Assembly: GCA_946965045.2 (NCBI GenBank)
Contig: OX337239.1
Location: 3,100,001 to 3,164,000, forward strand
Reading direction: 5' to 3'
DNA length: 64,000 nt
From: Epithemia pelagica
Taxonomy: Eukaryota > Protista > Bacillariophyta
The position numbers and the translations under genes were made by a program. Below, piece after piece: positions 1-9,728 of the stretch; within the stretch, counting starts at the first letter, position 1, and each line of letters opens with the position of its first letter. Below the pieces are notes generated by a model. That model saw only the letters and a program-made list of their open reading frames with translations. It did not search any database and was not told where the DNA came from.

Positions 1-2035
1 AAACAAGATGCTCACGAACGATACAACAAAGACAACGCGTCATCGTCATGAGCGTTTAGAAGTGACAAACCGGCCCAATTCAACTGATACAGGCCAAAAG
101 AATAACTGGCATTGCCTAAAAGGAACAACGGCCAAGAACGGGCAGGAGACACCCATTTAGGAAAACAAGATCGATGGACGATTGAACTATCGCCCAACCA
201 TCGACTCAACGCATCAAAAGGAAAGACCTCAACGCCTTAGGCTGCAACACGCTAGATTAACCAAATAAACTCACAACTTAACTTCGTTTACACGGGTTGA
301 GCTCTTTCTCTTTTACCTACGGTAGGGAGAAAACAACAGATACCTTGGCCTTTCTGTCGCCCGAACAAGTCCAAATCGATCCGAGAGCCGATCTTTTACC
401 CTCGGCCATTGAAAGTGGTGCTTGTTTGGTCCGAACTATAGAGACGAATCGAGCAGAACAAGAAAACGGAGATCCTCAACGACCAGCTCACAACGCTTTG
501 GTCCGTCACAGCAAATCCTTCTTTGCTCCCTGTGGAATGCAACCCAATACGAGTAGGAATCGTGAATGTTGTTGTATATGTGGCGCAACGGAATCCGCAA
601 GACAGATATCCTTGCACATGGTGTATTCGTATGCAAAACGGTACAAGTGGCGTCCACGAACAACCACAAGGGAGTTCCAAAGGATGCAAGTACAAGAAAT
701 TGCAATCATGAGAAGACGTTGAATGCTGCCCTTGCCTTTTGTTCATTGTCGACTGAGCATGCGACACTTGCGCAAGACTGTGGTCCCTGACCGGGAAGTG
801 TATCGTGGATCGCTCATAGCAAAGACTCCACAGTCGTCGTGGTCGAAAGTCAACTGCGACGTTGACGGTCCAAGGAAATGACTGGCGCGGCTTCCTTCAC
901 ACCACAACGTGTATTTCACTGCAGAGAGATACGATTCCTTGGGCCGCCGTTCGTGCATCCAGGAACTGACTGGAGGTTCTCAGGCTGGTTTGATTGGGCG
1001 TCTTTCGAGAGGCAAGATGTCCTTTTCGTGCTGAAGTACCGTATTCCGTTACTGTTGCCACGATCGCTCCAAGCTACGGCAAAACTGATACCATTCCACC
1101 AGCATTCTCTGAGGAACACCGATGGTGAAACCATTTCCAATGTGCATTGATACGCAATGCCTCCATCCAATTCACAGTCGTCAACAGTCCGGGTCCCCGA
1201 AGTTGCATCCGATCCATGTCTTATTGACACGCGCGGCTTTGATCAAGGCTAGAGCGCTCCATTCAAAGAATAAAACTGAACCACGTCCCAGAGCACGAAT
1301 TCGGTCACTTGGACAACGAAGGAACATGATGATCATGCGCCTCCAATCTTTTGGCTGTGTGTCATGCATCCTATGTGCGATCAACACTCTGGCTCAAATG
1401 CTTCCACGCGTTACCCTCTAGCGGGGGTGGTTTCGAGATTGAAGTTTCTGTGAACCACCCCCATACCTTTTTCCTGGCTCCTGTCGCCCGGCATATCTCA
1501 TTCCTTCCACCGCGATAACAACACGACAATCAAACTTTGTCGTTGCTGGTGACCTCCTACGGCCACCCCATCATGATCCGACCATCACATGCTTCATATT
1601 GGTACCATGGCAGTGCATTGTGAGGGGCATAGTGCATGCGGGCCATTCTAGGAAATGACCAATACAGTGACGCGGTAATACGGCACAATAGGAGACTATG
1701 ATGGCGTGAAAATAAATGAGAGTTGCTGTTTTGCTATCCATACACTGTGTAGCTACTACTGTGATGTGTATTGTGTACCAATAGGTCTCCAAACAATGCA
1801 AGATAAGAGCCATATAGTCCCTTTGAGTTGCTTCGTTCGAAATGGCAAGACGTCGCGTCCGTTCCTGTGCCACGAGGCATGGCGCCTATGAGTCTGATGC
1901 ATAACAGCCTTAACCTTTAAACTTTGGTGATGCAGATGTATTCTACACTATTGGTTTGAGGTCTATGACGGGGAAGACAGGTTTGAAGAGTCCAAATAGG
2001 TGCACAACAACCTGTGCAACACCAAGGTCCGTGTT

Positions 2036-2275
2036 TGAATAAAAACTGACGGCCAGACGCAATATACAGCTTGCAACAATCAAACTATCAGAAATTATGA
2101 TGACTAAACTAGGGGTGCCCTTTGGGGGCAAATCGCTCACGTAGGGGCCAAATAGCGACCACGGTACCCACTAGCGAACACATAGCTAGGGGCCGGGCGA
2201 TGCCAGGCGGTGCGTAGCGAGGCATGGCGAGGCCCTTCGTAGGTTACAAAGGGGGCGCCCGTGATTATTTATTCA
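2036..2275 (-). repeat. 3' LTR of CoDi element 1 (240 bp)
   Basis: Direct repeat of 9204-9443; I found one substitution (tatacagc vs tatacggc). Confidence 0.97.
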
Positions 2276-2397
2276 GTCCCCGCGAACAAAATCGGGGTGG
2301 GCAACTTCGTTTAGTTCGTCATGTCAGCAGAGGCCGGTCCAGTACGTCGGACTATTCTTCAAAAGGGGGCGATCCCATTTTGGATCTAAAAGGGGTG

Positions 2398-5300
2398 CTA
2401 CCACATGATACGTTGGGCCAGGAATCGCAATCGAGGTCCAGGTAGCAGTTTGGTTAGGATATCGGCAAGATTCGTTTCACCTTCTTCCCATGCAATGCGC
2501 ACAAGTCCAGCAGCTTGCGCTTCACGAGTCCGATGATAAGCAACTGCGTTGTGCTTCTTCTTTAGGACTGATTCCGGCTGCGTCGAGTTCTTAAACACAG
2601 ATTCATTGTCGCAAAACACATTCGTCTCTCCATCCAACGGGATACCCATCATTCGCAACTTATAACGAAATGCTTCAATCATTTCAATGGCAGTCTTCAT
2701 CGCCACGAACTCACTGCCAAATGTAGACGTTTCAACAGTGTTTTGTCGTTTTGAATACCACATGATCGGTGCTCGTTGCAAGAACAGTAGGACTCCTGTT
2801 TGAGAGCGCCGTGTGACACGACATCCAGCATGATCAGCATCGACAAAGCAAGTCGTGGTGACAGCGTTTCCACGCGGTGCTGGTGCGTTTGGCGGAATCG
2901 GCTCGGCAGCATCAGGATAATACTCAGACCAATCCGGTCGGGTAAAACGTGACTCGTCGAAGTCAGGGGTTGTGTCGTCAAACACAATGGCGGATTTATC
3001 GTACTTCTTTAGATACGCGAAGATGTGCAACGTTTGCTCGAGATGTCCTTCTCGTGGATTCGCCATAAAACGGGACATATGGGAGACTGCGGTTGTAATG
3101 TCGATACGACCGAGTTCAACAATCCAACGGAGAATACCAATCAGTCCTTGGTAATAGTTCGCACGTCTTGCGTCGAGTTCAGGAGTCGCATCCAATTCCG
3201 GGCGATATCCATCGGCAATCGGCGTCGTCACTTTGGACTTCAGCTTTTCTCCGGATTTCTCCAGTTCCGTTTCGACTTCGGCAAGAGCACGCTTACAATA
3301 CTTGTCAGCGGACATGGCCCAACGATCACGGTTCGACGGATCTTGCGTGTCGGGTATGGTATAACGCCGTATTTCGGATCCCAAGTATTCGTCTGGTGGT
3401 TTGATACTGTCAGGCTTGATCGTATAGCGCCTCTGCAGGTCCTGCATCACGGTTTTGGGATCATGACTAACAATCAGCAGATCATCAATATAGACCAAAA
3501 CATACTCGTAATACTGGAACCCATCAGATGGTCGAGTGTTCGCTCGAAGCCATACATCCGGATCAGCTTGACACATCTTAAATCCCATATCGCGGAGCGT
3601 TGCGGCGATGTGATCACGCCACCTTGCGGCAGAACTTTTGAGACCATATAATGCGCGCACTATCAGTGCAGGTTGTCCAACCTTATCTGGTCCAAATTCG
3701 AGTCCCGCGGTGGTATAGGTCTTCTCTTTAGTCGGTGCGTTGAGATATGCGTTTTGCACGTCCCCGACGAGAACATCAAGACCATTTAGTGCAGCGATAG
3801 TAAAAGCAATGCGTACGCTATCGCGTGATACCACACTAGAATAGGTCGATTCTTTGGGTGGATCAGTTTTGTGGCCTCCGGCCACTAACCGTGCTTTTCG
3901 TCGCAGGTCTGATTTGATGTCAAAAACCATATGACAGGGAATATGCTTGTATCCAGAAGGCACTTCACCATCAGCTGGAAATTCGAAAGCAATGCCAACG
4001 TTCTTCATTTCTTTCTCAATAGCCTTACGCCAGAAGTCAGTCCCCGTTCGGCGGTCAATCGCCAGGGCTTCTTCCACAGAGTGGGGCAACTCAATGCCAT
4101 ACTTGTGCGTTCGCTTCCAATAACGTGACTTTACCTTTTTGATAATGCGGTCTCGTTTGCGAAGTGCACGTGGCACCCACCATGCGAAAGCAGGCTCTTT
4201 TGCGATGCCAGTGGATACTGCGTATTCGGCGGCTTCAATCATATTTCCATTCTTGACGTCCTTGAGCGGCAGCCAAACAGTCGATTGATCGGACAGTTCA
4301 CATTGCAATTCCCAGCCTTTCGTTGTGTGGTGTGATGTGCCGTCAAGGAACGATGCGTCTGTTCGCTTAACTGCGGTCTCATCACTGCGGTGCCCCACAA
4401 TGGCTTTCAATGTGTTGAACGCATTGCCCTCCGGGTCAACTTGCGAATACAGATTCTCTGCGATCATATTGGTTGCATACGACTCGACCGATCCATCCGG
4501 AAACTGTACATCGTAGTACCGGGTATCAAGGATTGGGTTGGTGTCGCGCTCACCAATAGGTCGCCCATGAGCATCTTTCGTGCGTCCAATGATTTTCGCT
4601 CGAGCGCTTTCACCTCCTCGCGGCAGCATGACTTCAGCGGTGAGATATTCGTCTAGTTCCTCCGGCGTGTACGCGTCGGATTCCAGGGCTTCGGCCTCTG
4701 GGAACAAGGGCTCTAGAAGTTCACCTTCGTCAAAGAGGTCTGGGGGTGAATCGCTCCCAGTTGTGCCATCAGATGGCGGCTCTTTCATTTGCGTTTGAAT
4801 AGCGGCATCATAGTCCAACAACTGCTGATGAATCGTCGGATTCTTCAGGTCGTCTTCCGGAATGGCCCACACATCTTTCCGTGTGACATGATTGCCCTCT
4901 TGCGTTAGGATTTCATAGGCCATATCATCGGTGCAATCATTGGCTAAACCCAACCATCGGCCAATCAGTCTTTTTTCGAAGGGAAACTGTGCCATGGGCA
5001 TGCGATAATACACCGGCTGATAGAATTGGAACATGGCTAATGGAGAGATGTCTGGCGTTGAGCCAATTACATGCTCGAACGGTGTACGTCCATCTAATTC
5101 AGGGATATCGGATGCCGTGAGTTGCCGTACGTGTGAGCACCATTTAAGAGCATAGCTCCATAAACGTCGTGGTGCGCCGGTCGTCCTCATTATTTTGACA
5201 ACTCCCTTCTTTAGTTCACGAATGCTCGCTTCGGCGGCGTTCTGCCATGGACTATAGGGAACCGTTTTCTCCATCTTTATGCGGTACTCGTTGCATATTT

Positions 5301-6627
5301 CACGGGACTTCCCTAGGAACAATTCTCGGGCACCATCAGATACCATTGTTTGGGGCATCCCTACATTGTGAATCAAAGACATCAATCCTTCAGGATGTTG
5401 CTTTTTCGACTTCCAGGGATAAACGTGGTCGAATCCTTTGCCGTCGGTAAAGATCGAGGCGCCCGTGTCCCCGTTCAGTGATACTTCCTTGGCAAACATC
5501 TCGTCCGAGAACCAACGGCCTTTCACATTAGGGAATTTGAGCCACGGTGCCTTCTTGCGGACCTTACGCTCAGATGGGATTAATACGTTTCGTACTCCAG
5601 CCTGCGTCGTCACTTTAAGCGTATTCTTCGCTTTGGGTAAACCAATGCCCCAACGTTGTGACAGTACGGCTGCATCAAGCACTCCCTTTCCAGCAGGATC
5701 GGCTGGGGAAGACTCGTTAGCAGTCTTGATCATGTACAGCCGACGTTCATGTTTGTCCTCCGGGACTACATCAGGCTCCTCTTTCTCTGGATGAACAGTG
5801 ACCGTCGCTATTAAGCGTTCGTACAGGTCGTCGCCTTGTGCGTCGGCGTCCAGATTGGGTGATGGATTAGCAAAAGCATGCTGGTACGTTCGCACTGCTT
5901 TGATGAGTCGTGGAATGGAGGATGCGGCAATCGAATTCGGATCGCCATTGCGAACGACAGTAGCGGCAGCTACACCCAGTTTCTCCTCCGCGTCCGCAAA
6001 GGCGGTAGAACGAGGTTGCCATGGGCTATCGGCAGTTAGCACAACTTGTGGCAAGTGTTCCAGCTCGTCAGAAGTGGGTTTGCGAGTGGCGAAACCACTT
6101 ATCACACCAGCCATGGTGAGCGGGATAGTGAGATCGGCATCCGGTACGTGGATACTATGCGTGCTGTGTGGGTCAAACTGTTTAGGTACGTCGTTGACAA
6201 CGATGCCATGGGCACGCATCTGGTTCGGACAGAGTAACGAACTGCCCATACGGTCCCCTAAAAACAATGCTTGGTGGATAACAAGCAAGTAAGACTGGTT
6301 TTCGCTGTCAGTCCAGACAGTGGCAACAGTCGCAATAGGGACATTGGTCAGCGGGTTATATTCCTCCGCGAACGGATGCACACTGATATAGCGGTGGGCT
6401 TCGGAGAGCATTACGAAGTCTCTTCCCACGGCACAGGTGTCCGCATGTGAGTCCAACTCACAGGTGAGCTCAATGGTCGCAACACCATATTCGTCGGTGT
6501 TCATAGCACATAGACGATGTGCGAAACGTTTAGAATAACTATAATGGGTGCCTACATGTGCATTCGATTGAACAATAAGATTCGTTTTATCAATGTTTAC
6601 TGCTTCGGCAGCGGATACACAGGGCAC
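2398..6627 (-). CDS. pol: Copia Pol polyprotein (aspartic protease, integrase, chromo-like segment, reverse transcriptase, RNase H)
   Basis: 1409-codon ORF with motifs ELDSHADTC (PR); FSDEMF / MVSDGA / AAEASI (IN DDE); DVQNAYL and YIDDLL (RT); FVDADHAG / SEFVAM / CDNESV / ADILTK (RH). The ORF-finder start is GTG two codons after the gag stop; the first ATG is about 41 codons downstream. Confidence 0.96.
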   Translation of the reverse strand: MPCVSAAEAVNIDKTNLIVQSNAHVGTHYSYSKRFAHRLCAMNTDEYGVATIELTCELDSHADTCAVGRDFVMLSEAHRYISVHPFAEEYNPLTNVPIATVATVWTDSENQSYLLVIHQALFLGDRMGSSLLCPNQMRAHGIVVNDVPKQFDPHSTHSIHVPDADLTIPLTMAGVISGFATRKPTSDELEHLPQVVLTADSPWQPRSTAFADAEEKLGVAAATVVRNGDPNSIAASSIPRLIKAVRTYQHAFANPSPNLDADAQGDDLYERLIATVTVHPEKEEPDVVPEDKHERRLYMIKTANESSPADPAGKGVLDAAVLSQRWGIGLPKAKNTLKVTTQAGVRNVLIPSERKVRKKAPWLKFPNVKGRWFSDEMFAKEVSLNGDTGASIFTDGKGFDHVYPWKSKKQHPEGLMSLIHNVGMPQTMVSDGARELFLGKSREICNEYRIKMEKTVPYSPWQNAAEASIRELKKGVVKIMRTTGAPRRLWSYALKWCSHVRQLTASDIPELDGRTPFEHVIGSTPDISPLAMFQFYQPVYYRMPMAQFPFEKRLIGRWLGLANDCTDDMAYEILTQEGNHVTRKDVWAIPEDDLKNPTIHQQLLDYDAAIQTQMKEPPSDGTTGSDSPPDLFDEGELLEPLFPEAEALESDAYTPEELDEYLTAEVMLPRGGESARAKIIGRTKDAHGRPIGERDTNPILDTRYYDVQFPDGSVESYATNMIAENLYSQVDPEGNAFNTLKAIVGHRSDETAVKRTDASFLDGTSHHTTKGWELQCELSDQSTVWLPLKDVKNGNMIEAAEYAVSTGIAKEPAFAWWVPRALRKRDRIIKKVKSRYWKRTHKYGIELPHSVEEALAIDRRTGTDFWRKAIEKEMKNVGIAFEFPADGEVPSGYKHIPCHMVFDIKSDLRRKARLVAGGHKTDPPKESTYSSVVSRDSVRIAFTIAALNGLDVLVGDVQNAYLNAPTKEKTYTTAGLEFGPDKVGQPALIVRALYGLKSSAARWRDHIAATLRDMGFKMCQADPDVWLRANTRPSDGFQYYEYVLVYIDDLLIVSHDPKTVMQDLQRRYTIKPDSIKPPDEYLGSEIRRYTIPDTQDPSNRDRWAMSADKYCKRALAEVETELEKSGEKLKSKVTTPIADGYRPELDATPELDARRANYYQGLIGILRWIVELGRIDITTAVSHMSRFMANPREGHLEQTLHIFAYLKKYDKSAIVFDDTTPDFDESRFTRPDWSEYYPDAAEPIPPNAPAPRGNAVTTTCFVDADHAGCRVTRRSQTGVLLFLQRAPIMWYSKRQNTVETSTFGSEFVAMKTAIEMIEAFRYKLRMMGIPLDGETNVFCDNESVFKNSTQPESVLKKKHNAVAYHRTREAQAAGLVRIAWEEGETNLADILTKLLPGPRLRFLAQRIMW

Positions 6628-6633
6628 ACTCCA

Positions 6634-8709
6634 TCAGGAGGAATTAGACTTGTCGGCAGACTTGTCAGAGACATTGGGGTCACGGACATCGAATTCAAGA
6701 TCGGCGGAATAACGACCGCATACATTACGCCTTCGCTCTGCGGCAGCCAATTGTCCATTGGCAAGCATAGTGTATTTCAAAGCTTCGTCGAACACTTCCG
6801 TGTGCTCGGCTAAGCGTCTGCACACATGGTACATTTGGCGCTCTTCTCGTTCATAGCCTGACATTTTAGACCAGCGCCAAGACCAAATTGGACTATTGTG
6901 TACAATAGTGTCGATCTCTTCGCGGAAGCTTCCTTTCAGCATACTTTGGTCATGCTTGGTAAGTGAGCGGACGTTACGAGGCCCTTCAGCAAACTTACCT
7001 TTGACCGGTAGCGGCAGCTTTACAAAGATGTCGCCGTGTTCCGGGACTGGTGGGATGGTCATATGACTCATATCAGGACGTCCGTCCTCTTCCCATTGCC
7101 ACATCGGTGGATAGGTCTCGTATTCCCCCATGGGGCGAGTACGTACGGATTTGACGGACGCAGATCCGGGTTCGTTCGGTTGTGCTTTAGCCTTATGCGC
7201 GAAACGTCCAAAGCTGTTGCCAGCTGAGGACTTTGTCGGCTGCGAATCATCTTCGGATGATTTTGCAGGTGAGGCGGAAGCGCGGAACTTAGAGTGCTTG
7301 TCTGGCGACGGTACGTTGTCAACAGAGGAGTCAAGCAAGTTCTCGTCCACTTCCATAATGACCGATACGTTGGTCTTAGCCTCAGGCTTAGCGTCGTCAT
7401 CAATGTCTACTGAGATTGCGTCCTCAGCAGTACTCCCATGCGACGTTTTCGATCTCTTCGACGATGCGTTGGAAGAGTCGTCTGTGGTGACGGATCCAAG
7501 CTTCCGCTTCTCTTTGCGCTCTTTGCGAAGAGCCTGGACTTGTTTGCGTTCGTCCTCCGTCAGGTCTGCCCATTCGTCGGCATCGTAGTGACCAGCATGA
7601 ACGCGGTCCTTCTTTTTCTTGCTCTTTTTCTGATTGCGCCCTTTGCCCTTTCCTTTGCTTGGGGTGGTACTAGCAGCGGCGATCTTGCGAGAGTCGTCCT
7701 GCGTTTCGGTTTTGGCGGCACTGTGCACAGTCAAGAAGTATTGCTGGCACGCTTCGAAGTTCTCCAACTTCTCCTGGTCACCGTTGACGACGGTCTTTGC
7801 TTGGACGAGCGTCGGATCGGTGATCCCATTCATGAAATCGGTCACTTTTTTCGTTTCCGCCACCGTTTCGCCAAGCTCTTCCAGGGTGTTGTGCGCATGT
7901 TGGTGACGGTGAATGTAGTCATGGAAGCGGTACTTCCCTCGTCCTGTAAACTTAGCATTTGCGATCTGCGCATAAGCTTGTTTCTTGCGCAGGATGCTCG
8001 CAGCCTGTCCAGTGGCTTGCCGCTTGACGGTTAGGTAGGCCTCACGGCCGTCCTTTGATTTTGCATGCGTTTTAGCAAACGTCCATGCCGGACCATCGTA
8101 GATAAGAGGGTAGTACAGCTCATACACTCTGCGTCGGTCGGCTTTGTACTGGTCCCCCTCATGACGAGTGGTCGCGACTAGGTCGTCGTCAATGCAGTCG
8201 TAATCGGCGGTTAGTGCGTCGTCCGGTACGTCGGACTCCTCACGCAATACGTAGGTGAGCGGCACTCCCGTCGTCGGATTACGGTGCTGACCCAAGTACG
8301 TGCGCCACATTCCGTTGTGACGTTCCCAATCGGCAAGGTTCGTTAGCCTTTTGGGTGGTACTGGGTCATCCTGACCATCAGTGGTGGTGGCATTCGCGAG
8401 TTCCGTTACGCGTCTCATCCACTTGGTGATTACGTCACCAGTATAAGCACCAGCATCAAGGTCCTGACCACGGACAGAACGGTATTCCAACCACATTCGG
8501 AAGCCAAGGAACTTCAGGTTGAATTGGTAGGGTAGGGTGACACCGTCGGGTAGGTTCTTGGCTAGTGTCTTCAGCATGGGCTTTACTTCGTTGATAGGAA
8601 ACTCCAGGAACTGATCCGTTGTCGTGAAGCCCTGTTGCGTTAGGTACCCAACGGTAGCATTGTCATAGCCACAGCGGCCCAGTGCAGTACGGAAGGCATT
8701 TGCGGCCAT
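6634..8709 (-). CDS. gag: CoDi-type Gag with a C-terminal extension
   Basis: 691-aa ORF upstream of pol inside the LTRs. It has CoDi-like gag segments (GVPLTYVLRE, YIHRHQHAHNTL, KVTDFMNGITDP, a basic tract, AGNSFGR) and no CCHC knuckle. Confidence 0.9.
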   Translation of the reverse strand: MAANAFRTALGRCGYDNATVGYLTQQGFTTTDQFLEFPINEVKPMLKTLAKNLPDGVTLPYQFNLKFLGFRMWLEYRSVRGQDLDAGAYTGDVITKWMRRVTELANATTTDGQDDPVPPKRLTNLADWERHNGMWRTYLGQHRNPTTGVPLTYVLREESDVPDDALTADYDCIDDDLVATTRHEGDQYKADRRRVYELYYPLIYDGPAWTFAKTHAKSKDGREAYLTVKRQATGQAASILRKKQAYAQIANAKFTGRGKYRFHDYIHRHQHAHNTLEELGETVAETKKVTDFMNGITDPTLVQAKTVVNGDQEKLENFEACQQYFLTVHSAAKTETQDDSRKIAAASTTPSKGKGKGRNQKKSKKKKDRVHAGHYDADEWADLTEDERKQVQALRKERKEKRKLGSVTTDDSSNASSKRSKTSHGSTAEDAISVDIDDDAKPEAKTNVSVIMEVDENLLDSSVDNVPSPDKHSKFRASASPAKSSEDDSQPTKSSAGNSFGRFAHKAKAQPNEPGSASVKSVRTRPMGEYETYPPMWQWEEDGRPDMSHMTIPPVPEHGDIFVKLPLPVKGKFAEGPRNVRSLTKHDQSMLKGSFREEIDTIVHNSPIWSWRWSKMSGYEREERQMYHVCRRLAEHTEVFDEALKYTMLANGQLAAAERRRNVCGRYSADLEFDVRDPNVSDKSADKSNSS

Positions 8710-9188
8710 GGTTCAAGGGTCGGATGAAGGGTAAAAGGGTAGTAGAGGGTTAAACGGATGGCAAGGGAAGGCTTGTTCTTGTGCAGAAATTTGCAATTGT
8801 GATGAGAGGAGCGAATTTCTGTGAGCCAACAATCTGCGAGTGAATCGGCGAGTAGTCGTCCGGCGATTCCGCGAGCGAGCGAGCTAGCGATCGGCGAATC
8901 CGCGAGTCGGCGAACCGGCGATTCCGCGAGCAAGCAGGCACGTGTCAAAAGCCAGCAGGCTTATATAGTTGAGTCGTACGGAGCGCGTGGATGGACGGTC
9001 CATGTGTACGAGCACGTGCACGTTACGTTGTGCAGTCGCAAGTCACAAATTAGCGAGTGGGTCCCACAGTGACAAAACAAGTCACAGAGATGACGCAAGC
9101 GGGCGAGTGACGAAGCCGCTTAGCGCGAACAACTCCCGAGCGTTGATCAGGCGCTTGCCTTCCGGCGAACAGTGGGGGAACAACAGAC

Positions 9189-9203
9189 TTGGGTCTGATA
9201 AAC
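9189..9203 (-). promoter_or_regulatory. Primer-binding site of element 1, complementary to a tRNA anticodon arm (loop CT-GAT-AA)
   Basis: The plus strand reads TGGGT-CTGATAA-AC directly against the LTR. The AC pairs back with GT as in an anticodon stem. Confidence 0.65.
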
Positions 9204-9443
9204 TGAATAAAAACTGACGGCCAGACGCAATATACGGCTTGCAACAATCAAACTATCAGAAATTATGATGACTAAACTAGGGGTGCCCTTTGGGGGCAAA
9301 TCGCTCACGTAGGGGCCAAATAGCGACCACGGTACCCACTAGCGAACACATAGCTAGGGGCCGGGCGATGCCAGGCGGTGCGTAGCGAGGCATGGCGAGG
9401 CCCTTCGTAGGTTACAAAGGGGGCGCCCGTGATTATTTATTCA
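9204..9443 (-). repeat. 5' LTR of CoDi element 1 (240 bp)
   Basis: Direct repeat of 2036-2275. Confidence 0.97.
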
Positions 9444-9728
9444 TGTTGTTATCGTGGTGGAGGAAATGAGATATGCCGGCCGACTGGAAACAGGTTATTT
9501 CTGGCAAATAGGTATGGGGGTGGCTCAGAGAAATTACACCCTCTAAGCCACCCCCGCTGGGGGGTATTCCACGCGTACGAGAGAAGCTATTACGCTCCAG
9601 CGAAAGTGATTTTTTTATTTAGGAAAAACAGTGTATGCTCACAACAGAACCCTGGATCTTCACCGCTGGGGGTGAGTCCGAACCCATCATCAATCACAGA
9701 GCATCCGCTGCAGTCATTGTTTGGAACC

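Larger units (their letters stand above)
2036..9443 (-). mobile_element. Full-length Ty1/copia LTR retrotransposon, CoDi (diatom copia)-type
   Basis: Two 240-bp LTRs with TGAATAAA...TTTATTCA ends, gag followed by PR-IN-RT-RH on the minus strand, a PBS adjacent to the 5' LTR and a short G-rich PPT-like stretch adjacent to the 3' LTR. Flanked by TGTT at 2032-2035 and 9444-9447. Confidence 0.97.
1412..9566. mobile_element. Non-autonomous Mutator-like (MULE) TIR DNA element, about 750 bp of its own sequence, interrupted by a nested LTR retrotransposon
   Basis: 57-bp imperfect TIRs at 1412-1468 (TACCCTCTAGCGGGGGTGG...) and 9510-9566 (47/57 identical by hand alignment). A 10-bp direct repeat TTCCACGCGT flanks it at 1402-1411 and 9567-9576. 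The paralogous empty site (ggctcaaatgcttccacgcgta) is present once at about 31771-31792. A 9-10 bp TSD is typical of Mutator. No transposase inside. Confidence 0.85.

Noticed and set aside
2697-8034. Many plus-strand and alternate-frame ORFs over gag/pol (for example 3025-3651, 7438-8034)
   Set aside because: Shadow ORFs of a long coding region with no independent motifs.
9189-9203. tRNA gene at either PBS
   Set aside because: Only an anticodon-arm-sized match; no acceptor stem or T-arm.
9429-9728. 100-aa N-terminal extension of K1 in the ORF track
   Set aside because: It starts at GTG inside the LTR and crosses the MULE TIR; all paralogs begin at MTTTLKEQAW.
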